A DNA stretch of 20,000 nucleotides, from IMG/VR virus record IMGVR_UViG_3300044723_003200; one strand, given 5' to 3'. Positions 15,531 through 20,000 of the stretch are shown here, one piece after another. The notes under the pieces were generated by a model. That model saw only the letters and a list, made by a program, of their open reading frames with translations, was not told the DNA's origin and ran no database searches. The position numbers and the translations under genes were made by a program. The DNA comes from an uncultured virus (IMG/VR IMGVR_UViG_3300044723_003200) (lineage: Duplodnaviria; Heunggongvirae; Uroviricota; Caudoviricetes). Positions within the stretch are counted from its first letter, which is position 1. Every line of letters begins with the position of its first letter.

Positions 15531-17045
15531 ATGGCAGAACAAGACAATAGCATTCTCAAACTCTTTGGTTTTGAACTGAAGAGGCAGGATAAACCTGAGA
15601 AAGAGAAAGAAAAGTTAAAGTCGATTGTTGCCCCCACTGATGAGGATGGTGCGGGTTATGTCACTGCGTCTGGTAGCCACTATGGTCAATACATTGACAT
15701 GGAAGGTAGTCAGGCAAAGGACAACCAACAACTCATCATCAAGTATCGTGGTGTGGCTTCACACCCAGAAGTAGATGCTGCAATCGAAGATATTGTCAAC
15801 GAATCTATTGTTGGTTCTGAGATGGACGTTTCGTGTGAAATCAATCTAGATAAGGTTGAAGCTCCAGACAGTATCAAAAAACAAATGACCGAAGAGTTCA
15901 ACAACGTCTATAGTATGTTGAAATTCACCGATCTAGGTCATGATATTTTCCGTTCATTCTATGTTGATGGTCGTATCTATCACCACCTCGTAGTGAATGA
16001 ATCAAATCTAAAAGCGGGCATCCAAGAGATCCGAACAATTGATGCCGCTAAGATTCGTAAAGTAAAAGAAATAAAGCACAAGAAAGACCCTATAACGGGC
16101 GCAAAGATCGTAGAGAAAGTTTCTGAGTTCTACATCTATCAAGAGAAGGCAGGAACCAACCAAGGGGTAAGGTTATCCCCAGATTCAGTATCGTATGTGT
16201 CGAGTGGTCTACTAGACCCTAGTAAGAAGCAGGTAGTATCCTATCTCCACAAGGCACTGAAACCTATCAACCAGTTACGCATGATGGAAGACTCCTTGGT
16301 CATCTATCGTTTGGCTCGTGCACCAGAACGTCGAATCTTTTATATCGATGTTGGTAACATGCCACGTAACAAGTCTGAAGCGTATATGCGTGACATCATG
16401 TCTCGTTATCGCAACAAGATTGTATATGATTCCAGTACGGGTCAACTGAAAGATGACCGCAAGCACATGTCTATGCTCGAAGACTTCTGGTTGCCTCGAC
16501 GCGAAGGTGGCCGTGGCACAGAGATAAGTACATTGCCAGGCGGTGAGAACCTTGGTCAGATTGATGATATCCTGTACTTCCAGAAGAGACTGTATCGTTC
16601 ACTGAACGTGCCTGTCAATCGTCTGGAACAAGAAGCACAGTTTACGCTAGGACGATCAACCGAGATCTCTAGGGACGAAGTAAAGTTCCAGAAGTTCATT
16701 GACCGTCTGCGTCGAAGGTTCTCAATGTTGTTTACTGGGATTCTCAAGAAACAACTTATCCTGAAAGGTATTATTACCGAACAGGATTGGGATGAATGGA
16801 AGTCCGCTATCACGGTTGACTTCCAACGTGACAATCACTTCACTGAACTGAAGAATTCAGAACTGTTGCAGAACAGACTGCAAACTTTGGATCAGGTATC
16901 ACAGTATGTGGGTGAGTACTTCTCACGTGAGTGGGCTATGAAAAATGTCATGATGATGTCCGATGAGGATATCGAAGAAATGAAACAACAAGTCGAAGCG
17001 GAAAACTCTGTGGTAGACGAGGATGAGGAAACTAATAATGAGTGA
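15531..17045 (+). CDS. gp20: Portal protein gp20
   Basis: HPEVDAAIEDIVNE, FYVDGRIY, SYLHKALKPINQLRMMEDSLVIYRLARAPERRIFYIDVGNMP and EDFWLPRREGGRGTEISTLPGG. Confidence 0.98.
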   Translation: MAEQDNSILKLFGFELKRQDKPEKEKEKLKSIVAPTDEDGAGYVTASGSHYGQYIDMEGSQAKDNQQLIIKYRGVASHPEVDAAIEDIVNESIVGSEMDVSCEINLDKVEAPDSIKKQMTEEFNNVYSMLKFTDLGHDIFRSFYVDGRIYHHLVVNESNLKAGIQEIRTIDAAKIRKVKEIKHKKDPITGAKIVEKVSEFYIYQEKAGTNQGVRLSPDSVSYVSSGLLDPSKKQVVSYLHKALKPINQLRMMEDSLVIYRLARAPERRIFYIDVGNMPRNKSEAYMRDIMSRYRNKIVYDSSTGQLKDDRKHMSMLEDFWLPRREGGRGTEISTLPGGENLGQIDDILYFQKRLYRSLNVPVNRLEQEAQFTLGRSTEISRDEVKFQKFIDRLRRRFSMLFTGILKKQLILKGIITEQDWDEWKSAITVDFQRDNHFTELKNSELLQNRLQTLDQVSQYVGEYFSREWAMKNVMMMSDEDIEEMKQQVEAENSVVDEDEETNNE

Positions 17046-17328
17046 AGTAGAAGAGTTGGAACAGGAAGTTGAGATTTCTGCTGTCGAACAGATGATCGAT
17101 CAGATCAGTGCTGGAGACTTGAACAAAGCAGAGGGATCATTTCATAGTATTATTCAGGACAAGATGGCTGATGCACTAGAAGCACAACGTATTGCGACAG
17201 CACAGGCAATCTTCAACAGTCAGGATGATGATCTGGCGGATGATGATGAAGATGAAATTGAGTATGAATTCGATGAAACTGAGGATGAAGTCGAGGACGA
17301 AGAAGAAGATGAGGTTGAAGAAGATTAG
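17038..17328 (+). CDS. Acidic prohead core protein, gp67-like
   Basis: Very E/D-rich small ORF directly after the portal, at the T4 gp67 position. ATG 17038 is preferred over 17023 because GAGG lies just upstream. Confidence 0.7.
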   Translation: MSEVEELEQEVEISAVEQMIDQISAGDLNKAEGSFHSIIQDKMADALEAQRIATAQAIFNSQDDDLADDDEDEIEYEFDETEDEVEDEEEDEVEED

Positions 17329-17357
17329 TATTCAACCCTCCCTGTGACGCTAAGCTT

Positions 17358-17386
17358 ATTTTATCATAAAAAACATGATTTGTCAA
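17358..17386 (-). promoter_or_regulatory. Near-consensus sigma70 promoter on the minus strand, antisense to the gp67-like and portal genes
   Basis: The minus strand reads TTGACA (17386-17381), a 17-nt spacer ending in TGA (extended -10 TGn), then TAAAAT (17363-17358). Confidence 0.65.
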
Positions 17387-17398
17387 GAACTTTATTCT

Positions 17399-17406
17399 TA
17401 TAAATA
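17399..17406 (+). promoter_or_regulatory. T4-type late promoter for the head assembly genes
   Basis: Exact TATAAATA, ending 5 nt before the ATG at 17412. Confidence 0.88.
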
Positions 17407-17411
17407 ATACT

Positions 17412-17630
17412 ATGAAATCTTTCAAAGACATCATGGTAGAAGTCAAGGGCAAGACACCCAAGGGTGAGGTTGTCTTTGATAAGAAAGTAAAACGTATCCC
17501 AGTCCTTATTGTGAAGGACAAGGGATCTTTGCCTTTTGTGGTATATATTGACGGCGACAAGTTGGACGCTTTCAAGACACAGAAGGATGCAGAACGGTCT
17601 GCTATGAAGGTAATACAGGAACTAACTTAA
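17412..17630 (+). CDS. Small basic protein (72 aa) at the gp68 position, possible prohead core protein
   Basis: Between the late promoter and gp21, with a TAATG overlap to gp21. The MKSFKDIMVE start resembles the N-termini of T4-like internal head proteins. Assignment is positional only. Confidence 0.6.
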   Translation: MKSFKDIMVEVKGKTPKGEVVFDKKVKRIPVLIVKDKGSLPFVVYIDGDKLDAFKTQKDAERSAMKVIQELT

Positions 17631-18292
17631 TGAAACTTATTACTGAGTTTACCGAGAACGACACTCTACAATGTATCGTAGAGAAGAAAGAGAATGGCGA
17701 GAAGAACTACGTCATCGAAGGCGTTTTCGCACAGGCAGACAAAAAGAATCGTAACGGGCGTGTTTACCCCAAGGCCATCATGGAGAAGGCAGTAGGTAAG
17801 TACGTGACCGAACAGGTTAGCAAGAAACGTGCTGTGGGTGAATTAAACCACCCCGAAGGCCCGACTGTTAACTTGGATAAAGTTTCGCATCTCATCACAG
17901 ACCTCAAGTTTGAGGGAAATGATGTGGTCGGAAAGGCACAAATATTGGAAACTCCGATGGGTAAGATTGTAAAAGGTCTCCTTGATGGTGGTGTCCAACT
18001 AGGCGTGTCAACTCGTGGTATGGGTAGCCTTGAGCAACGAAACGGCGCAATGGTCGTTAAAGACGATTTTATTCTTAGTACAATTGACATTGTACAAGAC
18101 CCCAGCGCACCTGAAGCATTTGTTAATGGTATAATGGAAGGTGTAGACTGGGTCTGGAATAACGGTGTTTTGACGCCTCAGGTAATTGAAGAAATGGAGA
18201 CTGAAATTAAAACTGCTCCGAAGCCTGTCTTGTATGAGACAAGTGTTCGAGAGTTTAAGAATTTCCTCTCGTTACTAAAGTCTAGAACGTAA
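17630..18292 (+). CDS. gp21: Prohead protease gp21
   Basis: NRNGRVYP, catalytic His in GELNHP, catalytic Ser region GVSTRGMGSL, and DIVQDPSAPEAFV. Confidence 0.97.
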   Translation: MKLITEFTENDTLQCIVEKKENGEKNYVIEGVFAQADKKNRNGRVYPKAIMEKAVGKYVTEQVSKKRAVGELNHPEGPTVNLDKVSHLITDLKFEGNDVVGKAQILETPMGKIVKGLLDGGVQLGVSTRGMGSLEQRNGAMVVKDDFILSTIDIVQDPSAPEAFVNGIMEGVDWVWNNGVLTPQVIEEMETEIKTAPKPVLYETSVREFKNFLSLLKSRT

Positions 18293-18302
18293 GGAGTCTA
18301 AA

Positions 18303-19328
18303 ATGACTGAAGAAGAAAATCTAGAGGTCGAGCTCCACGATGAAGTAACAGACGAAATCGTGGAAGAAACTCTCGAAGAGGCAAAGGCGCAAGACCCGAA
18401 TGCGACTGACGAAGATGAGTCACAAGCAACCGTGGACAAAGCGTCTGATGCCACAAAACAAGCTCCTGCTCCAAAAACGAAAGCGGGTATGATTAATGCT
18501 ATGAGCATGAAGTTACATTCTATGAAGAAGAATGACCTTCAAGCGGCATACGGTAAAATGATGGGTGAAGAAGTTGAAGAAGCAGAGGACGCAATCGTGG
18601 AAGCACAGATTGATACCTCTGCTGAACTGGATGCATTAGTCGAGTCTGAAGCTACACTCAGTGATGAGTTCAAAGCAAAAACCGCAGTAATCTTTGAAGC
18701 AGCTGTGAAGTCGAAACTGTCTGAAGAAGTAGACCGTATCGAAGCACAGTACAAGGAAGAGTTGGCAGAAGAAATTTCTTCTACTAAGTCAGAACTTGTA
18801 GAAAAAGTAGACAGCTACCTAAACTATGTAGTTGAAACTTGGATGGAAGAGAACCAAATTGCAATCCAAAACGGTCTTCGTACCGAGATTGCTGAGACCT
18901 TCATGGACAAGATGAAAGATCTGTTCGTAGAGTCTTACATTGAAGTACCTGAATCCAAGGTAGACCTAGTTGACGAACTGGCTGAGTCAGTAGAAGAGTT
19001 GGAAACACGACTCAACGAAACTACTCAGAAAGTTATTGATACTACCGAGGAACTGGAAGTATACAAGCGTGACACGATCATTCGTGAAGCGTCACGTGAC
19101 CTTGCAGAAACTCAAGTTGAAAAACTGAAGTCGCTCGTAGAGAGTGTTGACTTTGATGACGAAGATTCTTTCGCATCCAAGGTCAAGACGATCAAAGAGT
19201 CATACTTCACTAAAGAAATCACTGATGGTGAAGAAGTAGAACAAGTAATGGAAGATGCTGACCAAGAAGTCGAAGTATCCTCTGTCATGGAATCCTACTT
19301 GGCAACCATCCGTAAAACTGCAAAATAA
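18303..19328 (+). CDS. gp22: Prohead core scaffolding protein gp22
   Basis: Acidic coiled coil with LSDEFKAKTAVIFEAAV, KVDSYLNYVVETWMEEN and KVKTIKESYF; between gp21 and gp23; SD AAGGAG. Confidence 0.95.
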   Translation: MTEEENLEVELHDEVTDEIVEETLEEAKAQDPNATDEDESQATVDKASDATKQAPAPKTKAGMINAMSMKLHSMKKNDLQAAYGKMMGEEVEEAEDAIVEAQIDTSAELDALVESEATLSDEFKAKTAVIFEAAVKSKLSEEVDRIEAQYKEELAEEISSTKSELVEKVDSYLNYVVETWMEENQIAIQNGLRTEIAETFMDKMKDLFVESYIEVPESKVDLVDELAESVEELETRLNETTQKVIDTTEELEVYKRDTIIREASRDLAETQVEKLKSLVESVDFDDEDSFASKVKTIKESYFTKEITDGEEVEQVMEDADQEVEVSSVMESYLATIRKTAK

Positions 19329-19337
19329 GGAATAACA

Positions 19338-20000
19338 ATGCAATCTTACGATAGTCTAATCGAAAAATGGGCTCCCGTCCTTGACGAAGCCTCTGCTGGT
19401 GAGATCAAAGATCCCCACCGCCGTGCAGTCACCGCTGCAATCTTGGAGAACCAAGAGAAAGCAATCGCTGAAGAGCGTGCTGCTTCTGCTGGTTTCCTGT
19501 CTGAAAACGCTGCAGCTCCTGCTAACGCAACGGGTTCTGTAAACAACTTTGACCCCGTGTTGATCTCACTGGTTCGTCGTGCTATGCCTAACCTCATCGC
19601 ATACGACATCTGTGGTGTACAACCCATGAACGGCCCTACGGGTCTTATCTTCGCAATGAAGTCGCGCTACCAAGGTGGTTCTACTTCTAACCGTGAAGCA
19701 CTGTTCAACGAAGCAGAAACCCAGTTCTCTGGTGACTCTGGTGGTACTCATGACAGTGACAATCCTTCTGGTTTCAACGATGACAGCGATGGCATCGATT
19801 CCGAAGGTGCACGTTTGACCGCACTTGCTGCAGGCGGTATGCCTACGGCCGATGCTGAAGCATTGGGTCGCACTGGTGGTTCTTCCTTCAATGAGATGGG
19901 ATTCACCATTGAGCGTCAAACGGTTACTGCTAAGAGCCGTGCACTGAAGGCGGAATACACGCTGGAACTGGCACAAGACCTCAAGGCAATCCACGGTCTG
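19338..20000 (+). CDS. gp23: Major capsid protein gp23 (first 221 codons, 3' truncated by the window)
   Basis: Absent from the ORF track because there is no stop in the window. Translation: MQSYDSLIEKWAPVLDE...AILENQE...FDPVLISLVRRAMPNLIAYDICGVQPMNGPTGLIFAMKSRY...EMGFTIERQTVTAKSRALKAEYTLELAQDLKAIHGL. Likely gp21 cleavage after FLSE (residue 56). Confidence 0.98.
   Translation, partial: MQSYDSLIEKWAPVLDEASAGEIKDPHRRAVTAAILENQEKAIAEERAASAGFLSENAAAPANATGSVNNFDPVLISLVRRAMPNLIAYDICGVQPMNGPTGLIFAMKSRYQGGSTSNREALFNEAETQFSGDSGGTHDSDNPSGFNDDSDGIDSEGARLTALAAGGMPTADAEALGRTGGSSFNEMGFTIERQTVTAKSRALKAEYTLELAQDLKAIHGL

Noticed and set aside
11478..17045. Introns, inteins or homing endonucleases in terminase, sheath or portal genes
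   Set aside because: The ORFs are continuous, of ordinary length, and show no splicing or endonuclease motifs.
17213..17335. His/Pro-rich minus-strand peptide downstream of the antisense promoter, preceded by GGGAGGG
   Set aside because: The SD-like sequence abuts the TTG with no spacing, and the His-rich content is just the reverse complement of the Asp/Glu codons of the gp67-like gene.
395..19994. Numerous minus-strand and alternate-frame ORFs of 60-147 aa in the ORF track
   Set aside because: All overlap well-supported + strand genes, lack recognisable motifs, and look like shadow ORFs.
1..20000. Stop-codon reassignment or programmed frameshifts
   Set aside because: Core genes are full length in the standard code, all three stop codons are used as stops, and no split genes were seen.

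Overview
This window is the virion-morphogenesis region of a T4-like (Tevenvirinae/Kyanoviridae-type) myovirus, probably aquatic, with all real genes on the + strand. Gene order: end of a repeat-rich structural protein (1-336), a hypothetical, a GT8-like glycosyltransferase, a 2OG-Fe(II) oxygenase-like gene, a small beta-sandwich adaptor, a 2003-aa repetitive fibre, then the T4 core block gp13-14-15-16-17-18-19-20-(67)-(68)-21-22-23 (gp23 is cut by the window end). T4 late promoters (TATAAATA and one-mismatch variants) punctuate the block. The main observation is an Asp-Ser-(Ala/Asp/Glu/Gly) motif concentrated in proteins and segments expected to face the outside of the virion. By hand count there are about 45 DS in the fibre, 4 within 23 residues of the capsid insertion loop, and clusters in the sheath, gp14 and gp15. 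The motif is absent from about 2,950 aa of enzymes and internal proteins. Since a late-promoter-driven glycosyltransferase plus oxygenase sits in the same module, this suggests, as inference only, a phage-encoded, sequon-directed virion modification (probably O-glycosylation) system. Also seen: a near-consensus antisense sigma70 promoter aimed at the portal gene, probable leaderless late mRNAs, and a late promoter abutting the terminator after gene 19. All counts were made by eye and no database searches were run.
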